Assembly (NCBI GenBank): GCA_038087875.1
Contig: CM075991.1
Coordinates: 12,960,217-13,022,000, forward strand
Length of the DNA stretch: 61,784 nt
Reading direction: 5' to 3'
DNA from: Malacoraja senta
Lineage: Eukaryota
The translations under genes and the position numbers were made by a program. Numbering within the stretch: position 1 is the first letter of the stretch; each line of letters starts with the position of its first letter. Under the pieces are notes generated by a model, which worked only from the letters and a program-made list of their open reading frames with translations, did no database searches and was not told the origin of the DNA. Positions 39,312-51,903 of the stretch are shown here, piece by piece.

Positions 39312-41423
39312 GTGAGTAACAGAGATATGTCCGAATATGGTCTGAAATGTTGTTTTCCCCATGATATTGTGTTCATAGTTCAGTTAATTTGTACCATTAC
39401 ATTCATATGGAAACAAACATTACAAAAATCTGAATATTGCTTAGTGCTGTAATTATGTCACACAAGTTCCACGATATTTAAATTGTGCACGATTAGAAAT
39501 TCACAAAGATGAGGCCAACGGAGCTACTTATCTAAGATGTACCTAAGGGCTTATGTATAGTGAAGATAGACACAAAAAGCTGGATTAACTCAGCGGGACA
39601 GGCAGCATCTCTGGAGAGAAGGAATGGGTGACGTTTCAGGTTGAGAAGCGTCTTCAGTCTGAAGTGTCCATCTTCTATTGACTATATGCTCCGCTCTGGC
39701 TACTCTTTCAGATTGACGCAGATGATGTATGATCTTACCCTAGGCTCCAAAGTAGTCTAGATATCACCAAGACCACATGGCTTCACCTTTGCAGCTGTAC
39801 CAATATTTTACCTAAACAACTCTGAGAGGCACTGAAACTTGCTACCATGCTGTTGCCACATCAAGTCTCCATGTTGCAAGTGTTCCTCTCACCCTTGCTC
39901 TACACCTATTCCAACTTCCCTAACGTCTGTATAGCCACCCTATACCCAGCCTGCTTGACCATTTGTGGAATTCCCTGCCACAGAGGGCAGTGGAGGCCAA
40001 GTCACTGGATGGATTTAAGAGAGAGTTAGATAGAGCTCTAGGGGCTAGTGGAATCAAGGGATATGGGGAGAAGGCAGGCACAGGTTATTGATTGGGGACG
40101 ATCAGCCATGATCACAATGAATGCTGGCTCGAAGGGCTGAATGGCCTCCTGCACCTATTTTCTATGTTTCTATCTATGTTTCTATATTAGTGATGTCCTG
40201 CCAACCGCTGATGACCTCTGTTTGCCAATGTACAAAATGCCCATTTACAAATCTTTTTACAGTCACTTTTCTACCAGCATCTGCAACCATTACTGGTCCG
40301 ATGCCCTGCATTCCACTGAGCCCCAGATCAACCACCCAAACAGTCCTAGGTTGAAGCTGGGTCTTGACCCGAAACGTCACCCATTCCTTCTCTCCAGAGA
40401 TACTGCCTGTCCCAGCTTTTTGTGTCTATTTCCAGGTTTTCTTCCCTCCTTTTTAGAAACAGAACTTTCATCAATCAGAGTTTTATTGTGCAGCTTCTTT
40501 CCAAACCCCTCCATGGTGTCACTTTACCCCATCCATTAAAAGCCTTCTCTCTTTCAACCAATCTTTCACTAAAACTCCCCTACATTCTCGCTTTTCTGAA
40601 GCACTTTGCTCAGGTAAATTTTCAGCATTTTCAGCCTGTTTCTGCATTTTGTTTTAATGTGGAATTCAATGTTGTAGATGTGCACTGGCCCCAAAGTTGG
40701 AGGAGATTAAACCTGCTGATACAGATTTTTGGATTAGTTGTTGATAATATTTCATTTGTTAGTTTACAGTTGCAGAGTGAATTTATATAAAGATAAGATT
40801 TATATCATGGTATGCAAGCTGGAAGCTCCCAGCAATGGTAGTGAGTGCTTTTGGGTGTTGGATCATAATACTGACTGAATGCCAGAAAGACCCGGATCTG
40901 GAGTGACCTGTGAACACTGATGATGTAAACAGATCAGGCCATGTATTTCCTTCAGTAAAACAACCTGTATAACAAGAGAAAAGAATATCCAAATTAATTT
41001 CATTGGCTGAAAAATGGTCACTTTTAATAGGGTTGTGGTTTCTCCGTTCAACGGATTCTTGGTCAGCCTCTCTTGCAATCAGCACGAAGCTAAAAATATT
41101 AAAATGTTTCAATATTGAGTTTAGTTTATGCTTTCCTTTGAAATAATTCAGGCATCACTTTAAAATGTCAATATAGTTGTCCAAGTTGCCTCTGCTTCCT
41201 ACTATTGTTCTTAGTTCTCTGTATCTCCAGCAACTCCAGTAACCCAACATGAATCCTGACTTCCATTGCTCCGTGTGTGATTATATGTTCTTCATATGAT
41301 CACGTGGGTTTCCACATGGTGTTCTAGTTTCCTTCCACATCCTGGGACAAGCGGGTTGCTTGGTAAATGATAGATAAATTGACTACAGTAAATTACCCTG
41401 GATAGAGGTGGCAGGTAGAAGAT

Positions 41424-41520
41424 CTGAAGAAGGGTCTCGACCCGAAACGTCACCCATTCCTTCTCTCCAGAGATGCTGCCTGTGGCGCTGAGTTACTCCA
41501 GCATTTTGTGTCTATCTTCG
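41424..41520 (+). mobile_element. Penelope-type short element, intact hammerhead-like core on the pax8 sense strand
   Basis: CTGAAGA a gggt ctcg accc GAAA c GTC acccattcc followed by the family body gatgctgcctg..gctgagttactccagc. Confidence 0.8.
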
Positions 41521-42380
41521 ATGTATAAAGTTATGCAGGTTACCAATACGCTCAACAAACATGAAGGAAATTGCTGGCATCTTACTGAACCAATCTTTAA
41601 TCACATTTTTATGCCCTTACTGGTAAGTCAAGACTAGTTGGCACCTATGGCTCAAACTATTCTTAGTTCTGGTGCTTATTTTGAAATGGACAAATGCATA
41701 TCACAACAATATTAGTTCAACCGATGATTATATTATAGGGCATTAAGATTAATTCACATAATTTGTAACTAGTATCCACAACCAGCTCAATCCGCCATTA
41801 TTCAACAACTCAATGGGATGTATTCAAGAGAGAGTTAGATTTAGCTTTTAGGGCTAATGGAATCAAGGTATAAGGGAAGAAAGCAGGAACGAGGTACTGA
41901 TTTTGGACGATCAGCCATGATCATACTGAATGGTGGTGCTAACTCGAAGGTCCAAATGGCCTACTCCTGCGCCTATTTTCAATGTTTCTAATATGCCTAA
42001 CCTCAGGGGAGGGGGTCAAATGTCGTGTGTCCGAGCCATATAACATGATGCATTTTATTATGACTTTATTACTCTTATAATAGTGAGTTTTATCGTGAGT
42101 CCTGACCTTTGCTGAATTTGTTTCTGTCCACTGGTGGATGATAAGTTGTTGTCAGTTATTGTCAGTTCCCCAGAACAGGAAGGCAAAACAATTAGTTCCC
42201 ATTTTAATGTTTATATGGTGATTCTTGGATAAAAGTTAGATATGGTCAAGATTTGGTACAGTCATGAAGTTTGCCACAAATTCACTCGTCCTTACATATT
42301 CAGTATGTATTTAGTCTCAGTAATGAAGGTGGCCCTTTGAATGATTGGGATTGATAATTTCGATCTTGCATTTTTTTCAG

Positions 42381-42509
42381 TGCCCAACTCGACGGTGACA
42401 CCACCAGAGTCTCCGCCACCCAGCGACTCCCTGGGCTCATCGTACTCTATTAATGGTCTCCTTGGGATTGTACAGTCCAGTAACGAAACCAAAAGGAAAC
42501 TTGCTGAAA
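42381..42509 (+). CDS. pax8: pax8 octapeptide exon
   Basis: tttttttcag|TGCC...GAAA|gtaagg, 129 nt; [43 protein letters not shown]; YSINGLLG is the Pax8 octapeptide (Pax2 YSINGILG, Pax5 YSISGILG). Confidence 0.96.
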
Positions 42510-44850
42510 GTAAGGAAACCAGACTGAGTTTCAAGTGAAATGGCGCTGAGTCCACTCTAATTCTGATTACAAACTGCTGCTGGATTATTATTTTAACTTT
42601 TAGAATTTAGTTGCTTGTAAAAATAGTGTTTTCTTCATTGTGATTTAGTGCCATGAAATAACCATCGATAATCCATGATTTGACAAGGTAGGGACTGTAA
42701 TCTTAGTTAGGTCATTGTGCCTCGTACTGACACTATTGCTAAGAAGGTTTGTGTTTTCAGCAGAAGAAGAACAGAGTTGGGATCACAGCTTCGAGTTGGG
42801 ATAAATTTGTCCAAATCTTTCCAATCTAATATCTGGAGGAAACATGAGACTGGAGAATTATCAGCTGCTTTGTAAAATGAAAGGATATGAGAGATTTTGG
42901 AAATCTAGAGGCTGCCATGCTGAGAGATGCCAGCATTTATGTTTTGAAAACTGGATTTTTGAGTGCCTGGAATGGTGGTGCAGCGGTAGAGTTGCTGCCT
43001 CACAGCACCAGAGACCCGGGTTCAATCCTGAGTGCGGTGCTGTCTGTACGGAGTTTGTACGTTCTCCTTGTCACCGTGCGGGTTTTCTCCGAGCGCTCCG
43101 GACAGTGTGCGGGGTGATCGTTGGTCGAACATGTGGCAACTAGTGCTGAGTTAAAAGGTAACTTTTGTCTTTGATTGGAAGTAATCATCCTGGTTTATTA
43201 CTCGTAATTAATGCATATGAAACTGTCTGCTTTCCTTCAGTCAGGCTTTCAGAGTTGTTGCCTGAATCTGATCATGAAAATCACTAATAAATTACTCAAA
43301 TAATACCTGGTGCATCACAGGCTAGTAGTCTGTAGGTCTGAAGCGTCACCCATTCCTTCTCTCCAGAGATGCTGCCTGTCCCGCTGAGTTACTCCAGCTT
43401 TTTGTGTCTAGAGTCTGTTTAGCTTGCTGTTTTTACCATTCAATATCACGGCTGATTTATGATAAATCTGTCCTTTCCCCATGTCCCCGGATGCTGTAAG
43501 ATAACAGTTTGATGTCATATTTAGACGACCAGTTTGCTCGGCATTATTTGCCATTTGCCAAAGACAGTTCCAAAAGTTGACCTTCTTCTGCGGACTATCA
43601 GCTTACTTCATCAAAGTTCTCCCATTTCACTTCATTTTATTCTTTACCCTTTTATAATTTTCAATTTGAAGATTCATTGACTAGATGAATCTTCTTTCTA
43701 TGAGGGGACAGCAGTAAAGACATTCTCTTCATCTTAGGTGCTGCTTTGTGCTTTAAACATTGATGTCATAGACAATCACCCTCAACTCTTTCTTTCCATT
43801 GTGAGCATCAGTGAACATTTTTTAAAGAGTAAAGTGTTTGATAACACTGTCAACAATATGTTGAGATTGAGAGCAAACTGATATGGACTAAAATAGAGAA
43901 TACTGTAACTACACAACAAGCCCAGCAGCACCTGTGGAGAGAACATCACAATCATTGAGTATTTTCAGCATTCTCTTGTTCCATCTAATTACGACCCAAT
44001 CAATTTAACGATTTCAGCAAAGTGATGCAAGCTATTCCCTTCAGGATTCATACACTCTGATGCTGTGATGCTCCAAGCTGGAGGATGAGGTGGATGTTCG
44101 ACAACTGTGGGAGGGCTTGCACACCATCGCTTCCTATAAGGTGAATCAGGGGGCAACTCAAACAACAGCGAAGCATCACTCCCTGGCGAGCTCAATGCAT
44201 TGTACGCACACTTTGATAGGGAGAACGCTGATGTGCCTTCCCAAGCCCCCATATGTCCTGATGGTATTACAGTCACTGAGGCCGAAGTCAGAAGATCCAT
44301 CAGTGGTGTGAACCCTTCAAAAGTGTCTGGAACTGATGGTATACCTGGTGGTGTTCTCAAAACCTGTGAAGACCAACTGGCTGGAGTTTTTGTGGAAATT
44401 TTCAGCCTCATTACTGAGGTCTGAAGTTCCAACCTGGTTTGAAAGGGCACCAATAATACTGGGAGAAGAGTAAGGTGACATGCCTTAACGACTATCGACC
44501 GGTGGCACTAACGTCCGTGATGATGAAGTGCTTTGAGAGGTTGGTTATGGCACATATCAACTACCTCAGCAAGAATCTCGATTACAGTTGCCTACCGCTA
44601 CAACAGGTCAATGGAGGATACACAAAAAAGCTGGAGAAACTCAGCGGGTGCAGCAGCATCTATGGAGCGAAGGAAATAGGTAACGTTTCGGGCCGAAACC
44701 CTTCTTCAGACTCCAATGGAGGATGCGATCTCATTGGCTATCCACTCTGCACTGGACCACTTGGACAGTAAAAACATATATGCCAGGCAGTTGTTTATAG
44801 ACTACAGCTCGGCATTCAATATCATCATCCCCACCAAGCTCACGGAACTG

Positions 44851-45214
44851 TCCCTGCAACCTGTTTCTCTCGCAGTTCACAGACTCGACAGCCGCCTGCC
44901 ACTTTTGCGGGATGGAAGAGTCTGTGTACCACGTGTACATGGAGTGCGTGAGGCTGCAGCCACTATTTGAATACCTAAAGGGGCTGCTCCTTGCCTTCTA
45001 GCTGCATTTTTCACCCACCATCCTCATCTTTGGACACCCTGTAGTAGGGTAGGGCTGAAGATGTCCTCGACAAGGAGTGTAATATAGTTGTATAATAGTT
45101 TATTGTTTGTTGTGTATTATGGTGGTGGGTTCTGTTTTGGTTTTTACTGTGGAGTATATATTATTTTAATATTTGAATATATATTTTTGATTAATAAAAA
45201 AATTAATTAAAAAA
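44851..45214 (+). mobile_element. 5'-truncated Tx1/L1-clade LINE 3' end, 15-bp TSD
   Basis: encodes [24 protein letters not shown] (ORF2 C-terminal CCHC motif), T-rich 3' UTR, aataaa and A-rich tail; aagctcacggaactg at 44836-44850 and 45215-45229. Confidence 0.8.
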
Positions 45215-45370
45215 AAGCTCACGGAACTGGCTCTCTGCACATCTCTGCAACTGGATCCTCGACTTCCTCATCAACAGACCACAGTCTGTTCAAATTGGCA
45301 AAAACACCTCTTCCTCAATAACAATTAGTACGGGAGCACCTCAAGGCTGTGTGCTCAGCCCCCTGCTCTA

Positions 45371-45805
45371 TTGATTTGATTTGATTTGATTTATTTCTTG
45401 TCATTTGAACCTCAAAGAGGCTCAAACGAAACTCTGTTTCCACAGCCATACAAACAAAACAATTCCTACAAGACACACAAACAATTCAATTTACAGAAAA
45501 ACATCCATCACAGTGAATCTCCTCCTCACTGTGATGGAAGGCAAAGTCTTTTCTCTCCCCTGCCCCATTTTTCTCCCGATGTTGAAGCCCCAGGCGGGCA
45601 ATGTTAAGTCCCACGGCCGTTGAGGCCGCGCCGGGTGGTATACAGCCTCGCTCCCGGGCCCAAAAGTCACAAAGTTGGAGCCCCCGGCGGGCGCTGGATT
45701 TACGGCCCCGCTCCGGTCGTTCCAACCCCGCGACTCGAGCTGGAGAAGTTGCGTTGCGGGAGCTCCGGAAAGCGGTCTCTCACCCAGACCCGCGAACTCC
45801 CGATA
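45371..45805 (-). mobile_element. unclassified GC-rich retroposon with (CAAAT)n tail
   Basis: interrupts the host RT at SPLLY|SLY; (ttgat)n at left end; tcta on both sides (45367-45370, 45806-45809). Confidence 0.65.
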
Positions 45806-48423
45806 TCTACTCACTCTATACTTATGACTGTGCAGCCGGACACCATACGGAATCCATCTTCCAGTTCGTCGACGACACCACCGTTGTTGGACGAATTACA
45901 GATGGTGATGAGTCAGAGTATAGGAGGGAGATCGATCGACTGACCAAATGATGCCAGACAATAACCTGGCTCTCAATGTCAGTAAGACCAAGGAACTGAT
46001 TATGGACTTTGGAAGAGGAAGAATAAGGACCCACAAACCTGTCTATCTGATGGGACGATGGTGGGGTGAGTCCAAGCTTGAAATTCCTGGGTGTGCCTAT
46101 CTTTGAAATCTGTCCTGGACCCAGCAAACTGATGCAATTATATAGAAAGCCCATCAATGCCTCTACTTCCAGAGAAGATTGAGGAGATTCAGTATGTTAA
46201 TGAAAACTCTCTTGTACAGTAAAGAGCATATTGACTGGTTCAGCAACTCGAACGCCCAGGATCAAAGAAAATTGAAGAATTGTAACATCTCCACTTACTT
46301 TTGGGAATCTCTCACGACAGCTTAAAATGGTCCAGGAACACTTGGGATGGTATTGGGAGCCCCAATTGCATGTATCAGGTGGATAGGGAAGCCTTACATA
46401 AATGGTGGAGGGATTCTACAACGTCACTATCGGGCACCTCCTGCTCCATCTATACAAGAGTCTATGGTTCGCAAATTGACCTCATCAGGCACCACAGAAC
46501 CCACAGAACGTGAGTGCATGTCATCCTCGATCCGGCGGGACTGCCTTAAAACAGTGCTGTGTATCTGGAGTCCAAACCAGGTACAGATAGCAAACCACCC
46601 CCCCACCCACCCTGCCCATCCAGTAGGAAGTTAGTGAGACAAGTGGCATTTTACAACAGTCAAAATTGCATGAACTTTGCTACTGAGACTAGTTCATTTT
46701 TCAAAGAACACAGACAGTTTATGACACAGGGGGTTATTAGGTCCATTGAATCTGTGCTGGCCAAGAAAGAACCACCCAGGAATATTCCAACGTTCAGGAC
46801 CAGCACTCTAGTCCTGTAACTTACAGCCCTTCAAGTATACATCCAGGGATTCTTATCCTAGACCACCCTTCTAGGCAGTGAATTCCACATGCTGATTTAA
46901 ATAATTTTAGTTACTTCACATGCATCTTCCTGCCAATTACTTCAAATCTATGCTGCCTGGTGTTTGAACTTCAAGAAAGGAAAGGTCCTATCTATTTATC
47001 TAGAATCTTCATAAGTTTATACATTTTGGTTAAATCACCCCTCAGTCTCCTGAGTTCCAAATACAAAAATCTCAACCTCTTCAATATTTCCTTAGAGCTA
47101 ATATTTTCCAGTCCTGAAATAGTGACAAGAAATCTAATAATCTGTCATAATTACCATTGTATCCATTTCATGCCTGGTTTATCATTCTACGCAATGACTA
47201 ATAAAGGAAGGCATCCTATATGCCTTTTTAATCACCATGTCTACCTGTTCTGCAACCTTTAATGAGTTATGAATGTACACTCCAAGGTTACTCTGTTCCT
47301 CTGCGTCTTTCATATTCACCTGTTATTTTATATGTTCCCTTCCCATGTCGTATCTTCCGAAGTGCATTTGGTTCCCCCGGTCGACAAAAATGCTGGAGTA
47401 ACTCAGCGGGTGAGGCAGCATCTCTGGAGAAAAAGGAATGGGCGACGTTTCGGATCGAGACCCTTCTTCAGTCTGATTCATCTAAACGCCAGTAGATGCT
47501 GCCTCACCCGCTGAGTTACTCCAGCATTTTGTGTCTACCTTCGATTTAAACCAGCATCTGCAGTTCTTTCTTACACACTTACTATCATTCTCCTGAAATC
47601 AGAAGCTTTTAACTTCCCTGTTAACCACACTGACATTTTCTCATTATTTAATTCTGTTTGGTTATTTAATTAACCAAATGTAACTACTCTAGCTGTTATG
47701 GGCAGTTTTGAACTTGTCCCTGTATTGTTAATGTGTGTGTCTCGATCATGAGCTATTGTTCCCTACAGTTAACCTCCTACCCAACCCTCGTGGAAACATT
47801 ACTAGATTGCAGCAATCTTTGGGCTTCCCTCCCGTCTTTAGGTGCTGCTGTATTGTTCATGTAGCGAACTCGACCAAAATCAGTTTAGACAACACAATGT
47901 CGGGGTCAGAGTTGAGGTCTATCTGGTGTATCCACCACATTGATACGTACATTTATCAACTGACTTAATGGAGTTGTAATTAAGATGTCATTAGTAGCAT
48001 GAAGCACAAAGCAATCATATTAGATGAACAAAGGACAAAGTTGGTTTGTCTTCATTGTTCCGACAAGGTGACATTGATTCATTGGGAATTAGTAGACAGA
48101 TGATTATGCTGCAAGCCGGCTGGCTTCATGAGACGTGTTTGACTTAGCTGTCCTGAAGTGTGGAGTCAGTAGCAAGAATGTACTGGCTTGGAGTTTGTCC
48201 AGTGTATATGTACAAGGTCAATTCCAGAGGATTGCTCTATGAAGAATAATTGAGCAATTAGCTCCTGGTTACGTGTTTAGATGAATGAGATGAAACCTCA
48301 TGGAGGTGTTCAAGGTTCTGAAAAGATGCTGAGAGGTTATTCCATTTACTAAAGCGTCCACAACCGGGAGGCACTGTCTTGGGATGAAGAAAAAATTATT
48401 TATGGGTTATATGTCCATCCACT

Positions 48424-48702
48424 AGACTTTAGACTTTAGAGATACTGCGCGGAAACAGGCCCTTCAACCCATCAAGTTCGTGCTGACCAACGATCATCCC
48501 AATGCACATTAGGGACAATTTACGGAAGCCAATTAACCTACAAACTTGAATGTCATTGGAGTTTGGGAGGAAGCCGGAGCACCCAGAGAAAATCTGCACA
48601 TCACAGTGAGAACGTCCAAACTCTGTCCAAACAGCACCTGTCGTCAGGATCGAACCCAGCTCTCTGGCGCTGTGAGGCAGCAACTTACCGCTGTGCCACT
48701 GT
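48424..48702 (-). mobile_element. V-SINE
   Basis: reverse complement of the same head/core/tail; agacttt-repeat tail at the left end. Confidence 0.8.
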
Positions 48703-49895
48703 GGTATTTGCATCATATGGAATAGTCACTAGGTTCTGTTATCCTAGTTAACTGATGGAAAATAAAATACTAATGGACAAAATGTAGATTTATTTGTGGA
48801 TTATGTAAGAATGTGAGTACTTCATTCTTTTGTCCAATTGGATGGTTTTCATTCATTCTCATCTCATCCAATACCTTTACATTTTCTAGTCAACCTGCTG
48901 GGCTAATTAATTAAACAATTTCATTTCTCTCCATATGGAATAGTTAAAAGCAATTTTTCCGCACCTTTCAGTTCACATTCCTTATGTTTGTGGTTATTTT
49001 TAACAAGGTTTACTTAATATTATCTGTTCTTTTCCAATAAACGATCACAGATTTAAATCTCTCGTCAGATCTCAAATGGAAGTATGCAATGACACAGGAG
49101 GCTACCTAGTTTGTGCTTGCTCCTTGATAACCCAACTCTTTCTGTAGAGCTTGTTATGTTTTCCCTTTGAAAAGTATGTTAGTTATCCCATCGTTTCAGC
49201 TATTCCATATCACATGAACTCGCTGTGGAAAATGTATACAATAATCTCTTGTGTGACATCTTATAGAATGCTGTTTGAAAATCCATAGTCACCACATCTA
49301 GGGCAGATCTGTAGGGAACTGGTAGGAATGATCCCAGAGCAACAACAAGAATTACTTTCTAGAAAGCTACTGTTAAATATATAAAATCAGTGCTGGAGTA
49401 ACTCAGCGGGTCAGGCAGCATCTGTGGAGAACATGGATAGGTGACGTTTCACAGAGTGCTGGAGTAACTCAGGGCATCAGGATAGGTAATATATAGAGTA
49501 ATTTTAAAATAGATGAATGAGGTTTGAGAATGGGGTATTGCTGTGTGTGTGAATTGTAAATTGAGCCCTGAAATTGTTGTTTCTGGAATTGGCATTTTTG
49601 GAAGTGAATTGATCATGGTTCGAAACAATGGATCAAGAATATGCAAGTTTAGTATATCGGAATGACATTACTCTATTTTGATAAGGACTGTGAAAATAAT
49701 TCAGTATCCAAATTCAATAATTGCACAAAAGCATATGTGAGAAATGTTAAAGTCAATATACACCACAGAGAAGATAGATTTTAGGGTTAATAAGAATCAA
49801 GTTGTGAAGTGGCTCATTGGATTTCTTTAAAGATTATTTTGGTTAAATAAATGCGAATACAATTATGAATGATCTTTTTTACGTTCTTGTTGCAG

Positions 49896-50068
49896 GTGAG
49901 GATGATATTTGTGTGATCAGCGCTGACTCCCAGAGAGGTAGTGGAGGTCCTCGGAAGCAACTCCGCACTGAAGCGTTTGCCCAGCAGCTCGAGGCCCTGG
50001 ACTGTGCCTTTGAACGGCAACATTATGCAGACGTCTTTGCAACTGGCAGCCAGAACAAGGTAGAGCAG
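49896..50068 (+). CDS. pax8: pax8 partial-homeodomain exon
   Basis: ttgcag|GTGAG...GCAG|gtgagt, 173 nt; (S)EDDICVISADSQRGSGGPRKQLRTEAFAQQLEALDCAFERQHYADVFATGSQNKVEQ. Confidence 0.95.
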
Positions 50069-50781
50069 GTGAGTGAAGAACAGCCAGCATTCCTGGCACG
50101 GCGTCCAAAGTAATGGTTAACTATTGAAATTCAAAATATACCATTGTGCTGAAGTTTGTTACACCAGGATGCATGTCCTGTGTGAACTTAGCTAAATTGG
50201 CTGCCCACCATTCCAGTCACTTGACACTTGCATGCACGTGGCAGCATGTAGCAGGATAAATCAGTAAAACATGTTTTAGTAAATTCATGGTTATATGTTT
50301 TCCCTCATAGAGCAGGGTTTTGAATTATTCAGCTACACTGTGCTAATAAAGGTCTGGGATGTTAGTGTACACCAGAAATGACATGTTGTCTTGACCGAAT
50401 TGTGGGGAGGGAGGAAGGTTGGCTCAGACTCGAGGAGGATATGGATGAGATGGAAGGTAGACACAACATGCTGGAGTAACTCAGCGGGCCAGGCAGCATC
50501 TCTGGAGAGAAGGAACGGGTGATGTTTTGGGTCGAGACCCTTCTTCAGACTGGTCAGATCAGTTTAGAGGAATGCAGGCGGTGGGATTATTAATGGGCAG
50601 GTAAGTGGGACTAGTGCATGTGGGACATGTTGGTCAGTGTGGGCAAGTTGGCCCCCTCAATGTCAAAATACATCAGGTTGGTAATCTGTTTATAAAATAG
50701 GTTAAATGTTACCACCTGCCAAGAGAAACTCTCTTGTCAGCTAGCATGTAAACTGTAATCTTGTTGTTATTCATGTTCCAG

Positions 50782-50905
50782 GCTCCCCTGTATCCACTTT
50801 CATCTTTAAACAATGGAATGGATGAAAGAAAACCAAGTTTGCCTTCTTCTGTCACTGCACTCGGCAGGAATATCTCTGGGTCGCACGGATACTCAGTAGT
50901 GACAG
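50782..50905 (+). CDS. pax8: pax8 exon
   Basis: ttccag|GCTC...ACAG|gtgagt, 124 nt; APLYPLSSLNNGMDERKPSLPSSVTALGRNISGSHGYSVVT, comparable to PAX8 GLYPLPLLNSTLDDGK...LGRNLSTHQTYPVVA. Confidence 0.93.
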
Positions 50906-51801
50906 GTGAGTATTTCTGTAAAGAGCTCGGGCCTGCAATGGACAAACAATTAGAAAATGGAAAAACAATGCCAGTGAGTATGTGTTGGAATATCCAGGTC
51001 CAGGAGCCAGAAACTACACAACAATTATATTCCTCATAAAACAATAAATGACACTATATTGTAACATATATTACTTTGCTTGGGACCATTGGAAAATGAT
51101 CACCATTCTTGTACATCTATCCATATACCTGTCTGTCTGTTTCTTAAATGCTGGGTTAGTCTCAGCCTCAAATATATCCTCTGGCAGCTTGTTCCATACA
51201 CACATCACCAGGTGTAAGGCTTCATGAGCTCCAGCAGTCTCAGAGTTTGAGGGCTGAGTTCTGGTCTATTGTTAGCGGGCCTCAGCTACAGGTAAGCCAC
51301 GATGAGTAGCTTCAAAGTTCAGGCTTGGAAAGGAAATATCATTTCATATTTCAACTTTCGTATTCCAGTAGCCACCTGCTCGGAAACATCAAATATGCAG
51401 ATATTGAATACAATGGATGAAATGTCTCAAAGACTGAATAATCTTCTACCTCTGGTCACCAAGGGATATTTATAGACAAATATAGACACAAAGTGCTGGA
51501 GTAACTCAGCGGGACAGGCAGCATCTCTGGAGAGAAGAAATGGGTAACGTTTCAGACCATGTCCATTCAATGCTGCCTGACCCGCTGAGTTACTTCAGCA
51601 TTTCATGTCTACCTTCCTACACATTTACAGACAAGGTCATTGGTGTGGCTGGTGAGCATGGTTTACTACAAAGTACCTCAGACGACAAAAGTGCGGGAAA
51701 AGCTAATTTAAAAAAGTAGTATTTTTTTTTAGCATGAAATCAGTAGAGCTTTAGTGATGACACCTATGAACCAGAATTTTACAAATGATGGTGTTTTCTA
51801 G

Positions 51802-51903
51802 GGCGTGAGATGATGAGCTCAACACTGCCAGGATATCCCCCTCACATTCCTGCAAACAGCCAGGCCAGTTACACTTCATCTGCCATCGCTGGAATGGTGA
51901 CCG
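51802..51903 (+). CDS. pax8: pax8 transactivation-domain exon
   Basis: ttttctag|GGCG...ACCG|gtaagc, 102 nt; (G)[33 protein letters not shown]. Confidence 0.96.

Larger units (their letters stand above)
44070..46270 (+). mobile_element. degenerate Rex1/Babar-like LINE reverse transcriptase with three nested insertions
   Basis: fragments [78 protein letters not shown]; stops and frameshifts. Confidence 0.88.
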
